Shown: one piece after another, positions 9,010-17,766 of the stretch
Layout: each line of letters opens with the position of its first letter
How positions within the stretch are numbered: the first letter of the stretch is position 1
Assembly (NCBI GenBank): GCA_963792415.1
Contig: CAWBVY010000001.1
Location: 192,001-256,000 of the forward strand
DNA length: 64,000 nucleotides
Source of the DNA: Candidatus Deferrimicrobiaceae bacterium
Lineage (GTDB): Bacteria; Desulfobacterota; Deferrimicrobia; Deferrimicrobiales; Deferrimicrobiaceae
Direction of reading: 5' to 3'
The notes under the pieces: generated by a model
Database searches by the model: none
The model's input: only the letters and a program-made list of their open reading frames with translations
Told to the model about the DNA's origin: nothing
Position numbers and translations under genes: made by a program

Positions 9010-9057
9010 CACGACAACAAAGAGTTCCCGATGGACGGCGAGGTGATCCTGATCTAG
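9010..9057 (+). repeat. Diverged direct-repeat copy of the last 16 codons of the phosphodiesterase gene (7404-7451)
   Basis: Encodes HDNKEFPMDGEVILI* versus HDNIEFLKDGEVILA*; 40/48 nt identical by manual alignment. Confidence 0.8.
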
Positions 9058-9185
9058 GGAGGTTGTATCGCCGGAGTCGCAATGTCCGGCGCAGCGCACT
9101 TGAATGACTCGTCAAACAGGTTGATCGCACCGGTCGAAATGAATCCGTACCGTTGTGGCAGATGTCAGCTGACGTCGGCAAACGA

Positions 9186-9225
9186 ATCCCGGTACGCCGC
9201 CATCCATTCCGCGGCGTACCGGGAT
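9186..9225 (-). terminator. Strong hairpin, probable terminator of the cyclase-barrel-secreted protein operon
   Basis: Perfect 15-bp stem ATCCCGGTACGCCGC / GCGGCGTACCGGGAT with a 10-nt loop, about 40 nt after the stop at 9267. The U-tail is weak (TCGTTT). Confidence 0.6.
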
Positions 9226-9266
9226 CGGTGTCCCGCTCGTGTTGACAAAGAGAAATTCTTATAATG

Positions 9267-9986
9267 CTACCATGGGACCTCGCATTGATCATCAAACTGT
9301 GCATTACACGTTGGATATGTCTTTGAATACTCCCACTGCAAATCAGTTGTACAAGTATAAGAACTCCCTACACCAATTGGAGCCGACCCGAGGTCACAAG
9401 AACCCTTAATGTGTACCACCTCTTCTGCGGTATAATCCCCTGTTGGAGAACCATCGGGATTGAAAGCCGTAGTGTAACATAGCCCGTAATCATTTGGGTC
9501 AAGAACAGGGCATGTCAAGTTAATATCTTCATACGCTTGTATATACACATCAAACGTCTTGACAACAATACCATAAGCCGTCCAATTCGGATTTACGCAA
9601 TACGAATTCGGATCACCAAGATTGGCAAGGAGGTCTTCATCGGTAAAAGTTATAAATGAATCCCATCGTCCATTTCTTGTTGGCGCATCAGGCGAAGCTT
9701 GACTTCCTGTCACAGTTGTTGGGTAAATAAAAGGATTCCCGACCCCTCCGTCATTGCCTCCAGGGTTTTTACATAAAACCATCACCTCGTTCGGGAACAA
9801 TGTTACCTTGACACTCGTAGGTCTTAGATCTTTATTCGCTATTCCCCTCCAACCTGAATAGATCACTACGGTATTTTGGTATGCAGCCCATCCACTGGAT
9901 GAGGCCGGCCACGCATGGGCGTCCGTGCCTCCAAGCGCCATGATGCCGATACAGAGTGTCCCGATAATCAATAATCTCTTCAACAT
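9267..9986 (-). CDS. Secreted Cys-rich hypothetical protein (low GC)
   Basis: Sec signal peptide ending AHA, 8 Cys in the mature part, AGAGGAG RBS. A sampled line (9481-9540) is 42% GC. Confidence 0.8.
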   Translation of the reverse strand: MLKRLLIIGTLCIGIMALGGTDAHAWPASSSGWAAYQNTVVIYSGWRGIANKDLRPTSVKVTLFPNEVMVLCKNPGGNDGGVGNPFIYPTTVTGSQASPDAPTRNGRWDSFITFTDEDLLANLGDPNSYCVNPNWTAYGIVVKTFDVYIQAYEDINLTCPVLDPNDYGLCYTTAFNPDGSPTGDYTAEEVVHIKGSCDLGSAPIGVGSSYTCTTDLQWEYSKTYPTCNAQFDDQCEVPW

Positions 9987-10105
9987 TGTCTTCTCCTCTC
10001 GTCGTTGTATTCAACCGGGAATGATTGTCAGAATCACTCCCAACGGCGCACTCCATTTCCATCGTGACCATCCCCTCCTTCCCTAATAATAAGGATCCTT
10101 CGGTA

Positions 10106-13100
10106 TCACGGAAGCGCCAACGTCACCTTGCAATAGAAATTTCTGCCGGGCTGTATCCTCGGGTTGTTCACGTCCGTGTCGGCGTAGTCGAATTGCTCGT
10201 CAAAAAGATTCGTGGCCCCCACGGAAACGAACCCGTAGCGCTTGGGCAGACGGTAGCTGATGGCGGCATCGACGACCCAGAAGGTGTCGCTGCCGGAATC
10301 GAAGCTAAAACCGTTCTTATCCTGGAATACGCCCTCCTGATCATAATAGGTCGCGTTCATGCCTGCGCTCCACCCGGAGGGGTGGAAGAAGCTGATCCCT
10401 ATCGGTAAGGATTGGGTTTTCACGTCCTGTATCCCCGCGTTGTATTGATCACCCCTCTCGAATTTCTCGTATACGTACCCCCCCCGGAGAGCCAGCATCG
10501 GATGAGGAGCCCAGTTCAGGTAGAGACGGCCGATGTGTTCCGTCCAGTCGGCATTCTGGAAAACAAAGGATGCCGAACCTTCCGGTTGGGTTAGGTAAGG
10601 CACTTGCATGTCCCTGTAGAAATATTCCGCTCCTCCGAACAGGCTTTTAGAAAATTTCTGGTCGACAGCGCCACCGTAGACCCACGCCTCCGTCGCATTA
10701 AAATCGTCGAAAAACTGATTGAAGCCGGCCACCTGGGTCGGCTCGAGGGTCTGGTCCGTAACCAGCGTCCTCTTCATCGTTCGGAACACGGCGCCACGAA
10801 GAGTCGTTTGAGTAGGAAGGTCCCATGTAATGCCGAGTTTCGGATTGAACTGATTTTTTTCCACATCCCGGTCGTCCCGATTGTTCTCGTCACTCTTGAA
10901 GAAGTCGCCGCTGGCGCCAGCGGTGATCGTCACGGTCGGAACGAGCTTGATGTAGGCGTAGAGATACACGTTGATATGGGAAATATCCAGAGCGATGCTG
11001 TCGGTGCTCTCGAATAGAACCAAAGGAGGAACTTCCCCCGGCCAGGTGACATTTTCACTGAACCCGAGGTCCTGATTTATCTTGAAGTATCCCGCGCCGA
11101 CGACGGTGTTGATGTAATTGGACCGGTAAATGTGCTGCAACTCCCCGGTGTAAGCCTTTTCATCGGTAGTGTTACCCAAAGCATCCCGTATATCCGGGGG
11201 AGGGGCCCCTATGATTGCGGGGTCGAAAAACAAGGTGTAGGCCACGCTGGCATCACGCTTGGTGTACGAAAAGTTCCCGATGAGATTGGACTGCGGTGAA
11301 AAGGACTGAAGGAATCCCAGGCGGAAATGATCTCGGTTTTCCTCCTGATTAAGTTCTTTGGAAATGTTGTCTTTCCAGAAAAGCAGTTCGGTATCCCCTC
11401 TCTTGTTATCCCTGTATCGGTATTCAGCCTGGATGCTCGTCCGGGGAAAGAGCTGGTACTGGGCATAGACGTCAAAGATGTTGTCCCTGAGGCCGTTGTT
11501 TTCGCGGACACCGTCGGTTTTAAAGTAGTTCTGGCCCATACTGAAGGAAGCCTTGTTGTAGATTCCGGAGACAACGACCTCCTCACCCAATGTGTCGTTG
11601 TTCCCGGCAATTCCACTTGCCTGGAGCGCTATCCGGTTCCGGTTGAACAATGGGTTGAATTCGTTGAAGGAAAGGGACGACGGGCCCTCCGCGCTCGAGA
11701 TGAACAGATTGCTCTCCGCCAGACGAGGTTGAATGGGGGTGATGTTGATGGGCTGAAGAAGCTGGGACACGAGCAACTCGCTCACCCTTGCGATCTGGTG
11801 GCGCGGCAAAGCGGCGTAGCTGTCGGCCAGGAACCGGTGGCCGGAAAAGTCGGACGGGTCCGTATTGACCGATTTCCAGCCTTCCACCAGCGCGCGCTGC
11901 TGGAAGCCCAGGTCCGAGTAGATCCGGGCGACGCTCGCGCTGCGTGCCGCAAGATCCGAATCGAGCAGGAGACGTGAGCGGTAGACGGCCCGGTTGTCGT
12001 TCAGCTCGATGGACTTTTCCAGGTCCTGCAATGCTTCCACGGGCCGGTTCGTGGTCTGCTTCTCTATCGCCTCGTAGAAATACGGCGTGGGGTCCGACGG
12101 ATCCAGGCTCTTGGCCATCCCGTACTGGCCGGTCGCCAGTTTGTCGCGCTTCTCTTCGTAGTAGGCCTTCCCAAGATAACTGCGTATCAGGGAATTGTTC
12201 GGATCGAGGCTCATGGCGATCTCGATCTCCCTTCTCCCCTCCTCCAGGTGGCCTTCACGGATCATCGCCAGGCCCAGGCCCAGCCGCGGGAGCGGATCCG
12301 AATCATCGAGCTTGATCGCTTTTTCGAAAGCTCCCTTCGCTTCCACTGTTTCGACCCGGGTCAGGTGGGAGAACCCCAGGACCGTCTGCGTCCTCGAGAG
12401 GTCGGGCCGCAGCGCCGCCGCCTTCTTCGCCGAATCCAGGGACATGTCGAGGTTGCCGAACGATTGCTGCAACTCGGCCAGCCGGGCCCAGGCGAGGGCG
12501 TTTTCGGGCGCCAGCTTCACGGCTTCCTCCAGGCTGCCCAGCGCTCCCGGCAGGTCGAATTGGGCCTGCTGCGCATAGGAAAGGGCGATCCGCGCCGTCG
12601 CGGATTTCGGGTCCGACTCCACCGCCTTCCGGGCAAGCTCGAGGGCCTTCCCCTTCTCGTTCTGCGTGACGGCGATCATCGCCTGGAGCGCGAAGGCGTC
12701 GCTGTTCTTCGGGTCGAGTTTCTGCGCCTTGTCGATGTCCGCCGTTGCCTCGTCGACCCGGCCGACGGTCAGCAGCTGCGACGCGCGTGCGGTGTAGAAG
12801 CGCGGATCGTTTCCGTCTTCCTTCAGATCCTGGGGAGGGGCATCGAGGACGGGCGGATAGTACAGCGCCCACTGGACCGCATCCCGCGGGCGCACGACGA
12901 CCCGGTACACCGGGGCATTCCCCGCCTCGGCCACCGCCGACTGCCCCGTGGCGACCGGGAGGCCGCCCGCCGCGTTCGATGCCAGCACCTTCCCCTCGAA
13001 GACGGTCAGGTCGGTCTTCCCTTCCTCGACCCGGAGGAAGAACTCCGTCCCTTCCACGCCGGCGTTCACGGTCGCGGTGCGCACCTCGAGGTTCCGCGTG

Positions 13101-13465
13101 ACGCGGCTGAAGAAGAGCGCGGCCCCGCCGATCATGTCGACCAGGGAGGTCCGCTCGTCTTTCATGCCCCCCAGAGTGACAGTGGTGTTCTGGTCGAGAC
13201 GGAGGACGGGGTGGTTGTACAGCGCGATGTCCGCCCGGCTTTTCCTGTCCGTCCGGACCGTGTCCCCCGGGCAGTACGTCTCGTTGAGTTTCGCCGGCTC
13301 CCACAGGGCCTGCCCTGCCCCCTTGACTTCCACGACCCCCTGGACCGAGACCACCTTTCCGGCCCATTTCTCGCACGTAGCCGCGTGTGCGATGCCGCTG
13401 CACAACATCATCGCGATGGCTGCACATGCCAGAAGACTCACAACGTACGGGTGCAGTCGTTTCAT
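10106..13465 (-). CDS. FecR-domain / TPR / TonB-dependent-receptor-like beta-barrel outer-membrane protein
   Basis: Signal peptide; FecR-like region (GDTVRT, LRLDQNT, AGVEGTEF, VFEGKV); multiple TPRs; C-terminal amphipathic strands (NPKLGITW, DAAISYRL, GATNLFD). Confidence 0.85.
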   Translation of the reverse strand: MKRLHPYVVSLLACAAIAMMLCSGIAHAATCEKWAGKVVSVQGVVEVKGAGQALWEPAKLNETYCPGDTVRTDRKSRADIALYNHPVLRLDQNTTVTLGGMKDERTSLVDMIGGAALFFSRVTRNLEVRTATVNAGVEGTEFFLRVEEGKTDLTVFEGKVLASNAAGGLPVATGQSAVAEAGNAPVYRVVVRPRDAVQWALYYPPVLDAPPQDLKEDGNDPRFYTARASQLLTVGRVDEATADIDKAQKLDPKNSDAFALQAMIAVTQNEKGKALELARKAVESDPKSATARIALSYAQQAQFDLPGALGSLEEAVKLAPENALAWARLAELQQSFGNLDMSLDSAKKAAALRPDLSRTQTVLGFSHLTRVETVEAKGAFEKAIKLDDSDPLPRLGLGLAMIREGHLEEGRREIEIAMSLDPNNSLIRSYLGKAYYEEKRDKLATGQYGMAKSLDPSDPTPYFYEAIEKQTTNRPVEALQDLEKSIELNDNRAVYRSRLLLDSDLAARSASVARIYSDLGFQQRALVEGWKSVNTDPSDFSGHRFLADSYAALPRHQIARVSELLVSQLLQPINITPIQPRLAESNLFISSAEGPSSLSFNEFNPLFNRNRIALQASGIAGNNDTLGEEVVVSGIYNKASFSMGQNYFKTDGVRENNGLRDNIFDVYAQYQLFPRTSIQAEYRYRDNKRGDTELLFWKDNISKELNQEENRDHFRLGFLQSFSPQSNLIGNFSYTKRDASVAYTLFFDPAIIGAPPPDIRDALGNTTDEKAYTGELQHIYRSNYINTVVGAGYFKINQDLGFSENVTWPGEVPPLVLFESTDSIALDISHINVYLYAYIKLVPTVTITAGASGDFFKSDENNRDDRDVEKNQFNPKLGITWDLPTQTTLRGAVFRTMKRTLVTDQTLEPTQVAGFNQFFDDFNATEAWVYGGAVDQKFSKSLFGGAEYFYRDMQVPYLTQPEGSASFVFQNADWTEHIGRLYLNWAPHPMLALRGGYVYEKFERGDQYNAGIQDVKTQSLPIGISFFHPSGWSAGMNATYYDQEGVFQDKNGFSFDSGSDTFWVVDAAISYRLPKRYGFVSVGATNLFDEQFDYADTDVNNPRIQPGRNFYCKVTLALP

Positions 13466-13522
13466 TGTCGGCTCCCTCCCCCTTTATCGTTTATCCTTGC
13501 CCTCCGGTTCTCAACCGTTTGG

Positions 13523-15781
13523 CTACTTCTTGTCCATGAGAACCACCCCGTCCCACGGTTCCGCGGGGGGGGTGGTGTTGTACACCTCGCACAGGCTTAA
13601 GTAATAACGTGAAGGCTCGTCCTCTCCCAGCGCTTCCAAAGCCCAGCGGAATTTTTCCTTTGCTTCCTCCCAGGATTTCTGCTTGAAGGCGGCAAGAGCC
13701 TCGGCGAATACCCGGCACCCCTCGCGCTGTTTCCCGTCCGCCTCTTCCAGGCGGCAGATCAGCTCGTGGATCGCGATCGGCATGCTCTTCCCTTTCAACC
13801 GGAACGACCCGAGCTCCCTCGTCAACAGGCCTTCCAGCTGGTCTATCACCTCGGAGGACACCAGGACGCGCGTTCCCAGGTGCTTGTTCATCCCCTCGAT
13901 CCGTGACGCCGTGTTGACGATGTCCCCCATGACGGAGTGCTGGTAATGGTCCCCGCCGCCGATGTTCCCGAGGAAGATGTCCCCGTAATGCAGGCCGATC
14001 CGGGTGTTGAGGCGGTGCGGATCGGATGGCCCGTACAGCCGGTGCACGGCCCGGTTGATGTCGATCGCCGCGAGGCACGCCTTGTCCCGAAGGGCCGCGT
14101 CGGGGGTCGCCGAGACCCAGATCGCCAGCATGGAGTCCCCGGCGAGGTTCGATACGACCCCGCCGTGCTCCTTCACCGGCCGGAACATCGTCTCGTAGTA
14201 CCGGTTCATGAACGCGCCGAGCTCCTTGGGGTCCAGGGTCTCCGACAACGTCGTGTAATGCTCCGCGTCCGTGAACAGGCAGACGCCGTAGACGGACTCG
14301 CTGACGGCGCCGAGCTCCCCGAGGTTCTCCACCAGCTGGTCGACGACGTTCTTGGGGAGGTAATGCTCGAAGGCCTTCCGGACCTTCTCCTGCTCCTTCT
14401 TCGTGTCGAGGTAGTTCCAGATCACCCCTCCGAAGAATGCCAGCGGAGCCTGGAAAAAGAGCGGGACCGCCACGGGGTACCAGAGGTTGGCCGTCTTGAA
14501 CTGAAACCACGCGAGGGCGAGATAGAGGCCGCTCAAGCCCACAATGCCCAGCGCCGCGATCCCGATATGGAAATACCTGCCGAGGAACCCCATGACCACG
14601 CCCCAGAGGACAACGATGAAGACCAGGGGAAGCAGCCCGAGCGGCTTCACCGATGTATCGTCCAGGATGTTGGAGAATGCGGTGGCGGAGATCTCCACCC
14701 CGCCGATGAAGATTCCGTTCGCCTGGGAGAACACCGTGTAGAAGCTGTCCTTCCGCTCCGCCAGCATCGCCTCCGACAGCCCCACGAAGACGGCCTTCTC
14801 CTTCAGGTCGATCTTCCGGTCCCCCGCCGCACCGTCGCGGATCTGGAGCGCCTGGTGATACGGAATCGTCGTGATTGTGCGAGGCCTGCCGTAGTAGTTG
14901 ATGAACCGGTTGTTCGACCCCTCGTACACGCGGATCAGCGCCTCGACCAGCCGTTGCCTGCCCGCATCGCCGGCGGGCGCCTTCGAACGTTCGAGCTCGC
15001 GCCGCATTCTCTCCGCGATCAACGGATCGGCCAGGAACACCTCCCGGATCTTTTTCATCAGGTCCCTGACGGTTCCCGTGGCGATGGCCGCCGACATGTC
15101 GCGGGGGAACTTCCTCGCCTGCGCCGGGCTCGCCTTCTCGAGCAGGCGGATGAAATCCCCGTAGGCCGTCGCCCCGTAGATCTGGAGCATCACCATCGGA
15201 ACGGAGGGAGAGTCCCCTGCGCCCGGCTCGAACGTGAAGAACTGGCTCACCCGGAAAGGGATCCGGGGAAGCGTGAACGGCGCCGTGGCCGCGGCGGCAT
15301 CGGAGAAGAGCTCGATCGGCGGCACCACCTTGACGACGTTGTGGCTCGAGGACTCGGAAGACCCGTCCACGTCCGGCAGAAGGATGTCCTTGGTCCGGAT
15401 CGGCTCGGTGAGGACGACGTTTCGCGCCTTTTTCATCGCGTTCGCAAACGCGATGTCGTCCTTCGCCACCCGCGGCTCGATGAAATGGAGGTCGAAGGAT
15501 ACGACCCTGGCGCCTTCCCGGGCCAGGATCTCCGTCAGGCGCGCATGGAGAGAGCGGGGCCACTTGTCGGGGTTGTCCGGGATGCCAAGCTGCTCGGACG
15601 ATTCCCGGTCAATGCTGATGACGACGGCTTCCGGAGGAGCCTGGCGCGCTCCCCTCAACCTGAACAGCAGGCCGAGACCGGTGTTTTCCTCGAGATCGAG
15701 CGCGAATCGGAAAGGGCTTGCGACCAGACCCGCGACCCCGACGAGGAAACCGAGGATGACTGCTTTCAACAAGCGGGACAT
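13523..15781 (-). CDS. CHASE2-domain class III adenylate/guanylate cyclase
   Basis: CHASE2 motifs (VISID, WPRSLHARL, FDLHF, GVEISA), three TM helices, catalytic LFTD, AGDSMLA, RIGLHYG and GDIVNTASRIE; C-terminal WDGV tail. Confidence 0.92.
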   Translation of the reverse strand: MSRLLKAVILGFLVGVAGLVASPFRFALDLEENTGLGLLFRLRGARQAPPEAVVISIDRESSEQLGIPDNPDKWPRSLHARLTEILAREGARVVSFDLHFIEPRVAKDDIAFANAMKKARNVVLTEPIRTKDILLPDVDGSSESSSHNVVKVVPPIELFSDAAAATAPFTLPRIPFRVSQFFTFEPGAGDSPSVPMVMLQIYGATAYGDFIRLLEKASPAQARKFPRDMSAAIATGTVRDLMKKIREVFLADPLIAERMRRELERSKAPAGDAGRQRLVEALIRVYEGSNNRFINYYGRPRTITTIPYHQALQIRDGAAGDRKIDLKEKAVFVGLSEAMLAERKDSFYTVFSQANGIFIGGVEISATAFSNILDDTSVKPLGLLPLVFIVVLWGVVMGFLGRYFHIGIAALGIVGLSGLYLALAWFQFKTANLWYPVAVPLFFQAPLAFFGGVIWNYLDTKKEQEKVRKAFEHYLPKNVVDQLVENLGELGAVSESVYGVCLFTDAEHYTTLSETLDPKELGAFMNRYYETMFRPVKEHGGVVSNLAGDSMLAIWVSATPDAALRDKACLAAIDINRAVHRLYGPSDPHRLNTRIGLHYGDIFLGNIGGGDHYQHSVMGDIVNTASRIEGMNKHLGTRVLVSSEVIDQLEGLLTRELGSFRLKGKSMPIAIHELICRLEEADGKQREGCRVFAEALAAFKQKSWEEAKEKFRWALEALGEDEPSRYYLSLCEVYNTTPPAEPWDGVVLMDKK

Positions 15782-15900
15782 CGTAACACATCATGAAATA
15801 TTGTGCGCATCGATTGCACCCCGGATAACAACAACGAATAATCCATATATTCAATATAGTAGCCTTTCATAAAATAGATAAAATTGAGCCAAACATAATA

Positions 15901-15917
15901 AGCAATTGCCGCGCCAA
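15901..15917 (-). promoter_or_regulatory. sigma54 (-24/-12) promoter upstream of the cyclase operon
   Basis: Minus strand reads TTGGCGCGGCAATTGCT (GG-N10-GC with TGGC and TTGC), about 120 nt upstream of the cyclase ATG in an AT-rich region. Confidence 0.65.
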
Positions 15918-16355
15918 CACGGAGAGCTCGCTTAACTCATTAAAAATAAACGATTTTACTTGGCATCACCAGAAGTGGAAGGAGGGCTCCACCTCGAAGT
16001 GGCTAAAATATTACCGAAACGATGCAAATCAATCCCGACGTGGCCGAGTGTAAAACGGTGAGGGCTTGGGATCAACCCCGCGAACCCAACCAGAAACCCA
16101 AACGAATCCCTTTCCACCCGCGGGTCATCAAAGTACTTCAGGAAACCTTATCGTGAGGCATCGAGCACCCTCGGTAACAACACGAATAATCATATTATTC
16201 AATAAGTTATTATTGATAAAAATTGTCCGCGTTTGAGGATGACATCGTCTAAACGACTCCATCAAGAGTTTTGGATATATAAACATAAATATTGTTAAAT
16301 TTAAAACGCAATCTCGGATGCTTAGGAAACCTAATTTCAAACTGTTTGTCAACAA

Positions 16356-16439
16356 TTAATTTGACTCGGTAAGCTGGAGGATCGTGCAGAGTTCCTCGAT
16401 GCAGATGACACGGAGAAGATCAGAATACCCTGTCTTCAT
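16356..16439 (-). pseudogene. Possible truncated excisionase-like HTH fragment (27 aa)
   Basis: GGAAGAGG RBS followed by MKTGYSDLLRVICIEELCTILQLTESN*. It resembles the start of HTH_17 proteins and ends where the AT-rich tract begins. Confidence 0.2.
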
Positions 16440-16674
16440 CCTCTTCCCCCGGGGTGTCCAATCGGAGGTTTGCACGGGCTAATCCGTGTGAAAGATTCCA
16501 GCAGGATGTCGGGCAGTCTGCGTTCGAGGGCACCATCCGGTCGGATCAGGAATTCATCGGAGCTGTGGAATTCCACGACGACACGCTTCTTTCACCACGC
16601 CGGACGTGGGAGAATATTCCTGTACGCGGATAACGCCGGGGGAGGTCCCCGCAGGATTCGCTGGAGGCGCGCCG

Positions 16675-17766
16675 ATGCCGGAACTTTCGAAGGAGCGGCT
16701 GGAGCGGTACCTGACCACGTTGTTCCATGCGCCGGTGGCAATCACCGCGCTGGTCCCGCTCCGTGAATCGAAGGCGTCGGGCGCGGCCAAGGAGTACGGG
16801 TACGGCCACCCGGTGAAGGTCGAGTTCACCGTCGGCGCTTCGCGGCGCGCCGCCGTGCTCGAAACGACGAGCCCCGGTCCCTTCGGGCACGAGCACATGG
16901 CGGACCGCGCCCGGATGATGCTGTGGGACCACGGGGCGTACAACGCCCTCCCGAAGCATGTCCGCTCCCTCGACGTGGGCGCGTTCGACCGCGAGGGGAA
17001 CCTCCGCTCCGTCGCGGACGCCGAGGAGTTCTTCCTCCTGGTCGAGCACGTCGAAGGAGCGGCATACATCCGGGACATCGCGCGGCTCCAGGAGGGGGGG
17101 GCGCTGCGCGACCTGGACCTCGCGAGAGCGGACGCCCTGTGCGACTACCTCGCCGGGATCCACTCCGTCCGGGGGCCGGACCCGGGACTCTACGTCCGCA
17201 GGATCCGCGAGCTGCTGGGGGACGGCGAGTGCATCATGGGCGTGTGCGACGGCTATCCCCTCCCCCGCGGGTTCCTCACCGCCCCGCTGCTCGAGGAGAT
17301 CGAGCGGCGTTGCGTGGCCTGGCGCTGGCGCCTGAAAGACCGCGCCGACCGGCTGCGCCAGGTGCACGGGGACTACCACCCCTTCAACATCCTCTTCCGG
17401 GAAGGGACCGACTTCACCGTGCTGGACCGGTCGCGCGGCGAGTGGGGGGAACCCGCGGACGACGTGACCGCCCTCACGGGGAACTACCTGTTCGCGTCCC
17501 TGCAGGCGACGGGCCGGCTCGAAGGTCCCTTCGAAACGTTGTTCCGGCGGTTCTGGGACCGGTACATCGAGCGGACGGGGGACGGGGGGATCCTCGAGAC
17601 CGCCGCGCCGTTCTTCGCGTTTCGCTGCCTCGTCATGGCTTCCCCCGTCTGGTACCCGTCCCTCGACGAGTCGGTTCGCCGGAAACTCTTCTCCTTCCTC
17701 CTCTCGATCCTGGACGCCCCGCGCTTCGAGCCGGAGAAGGTCAACGGGTGGCTCGATGCCCTCTGA
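16675..17766 (+). CDS. Aminoglycoside phosphotransferase / choline kinase-like family kinase
   Basis: HGDYHPFNILF Brenner motif and VLDRSRGEWGEPADD; GGAGG RBS before ATG 16675. Confidence 0.8.
   Translation: MPELSKERLERYLTTLFHAPVAITALVPLRESKASGAAKEYGYGHPVKVEFTVGASRRAAVLETTSPGPFGHEHMADRARMMLWDHGAYNALPKHVRSLDVGAFDREGNLRSVADAEEFFLLVEHVEGAAYIRDIARLQEGGALRDLDLARADALCDYLAGIHSVRGPDPGLYVRRIRELLGDGECIMGVCDGYPLPRGFLTAPLLEEIERRCVAWRWRLKDRADRLRQVHGDYHPFNILFREGTDFTVLDRSRGEWGEPADDVTALTGNYLFASLQATGRLEGPFETLFRRFWDRYIERTGDGGILETAAPFFAFRCLVMASPVWYPSLDESVRRKLFSFLLSILDAPRFEPEKVNGWLDAL

Noticed and set aside
9242-9265. Perfect TTGACA and TATAAT hexamers
   Set aside because: The spacer is only 12 nt (about 17 is needed) and it points antisense into the secreted-protein gene.
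4872-15781. Pycsar/CBASS-type anti-phage system (cyclase plus cNMP-domain membrane effector plus MBL hydrolase)
   Set aside because: The cyclase is a membrane CHASE2 receptor type with an outer-membrane partner and a sigma54-type promoter, and it is not directly coupled to the effector. This fits environmental signalling better, although defence is not formally excluded.
16128-16355. 75-aa ORF in the AT-rich tract
   Set aside because: TTG start, no RBS, and Ile/Asn/Leu-rich composition typical of translated noncoding AT-rich DNA.
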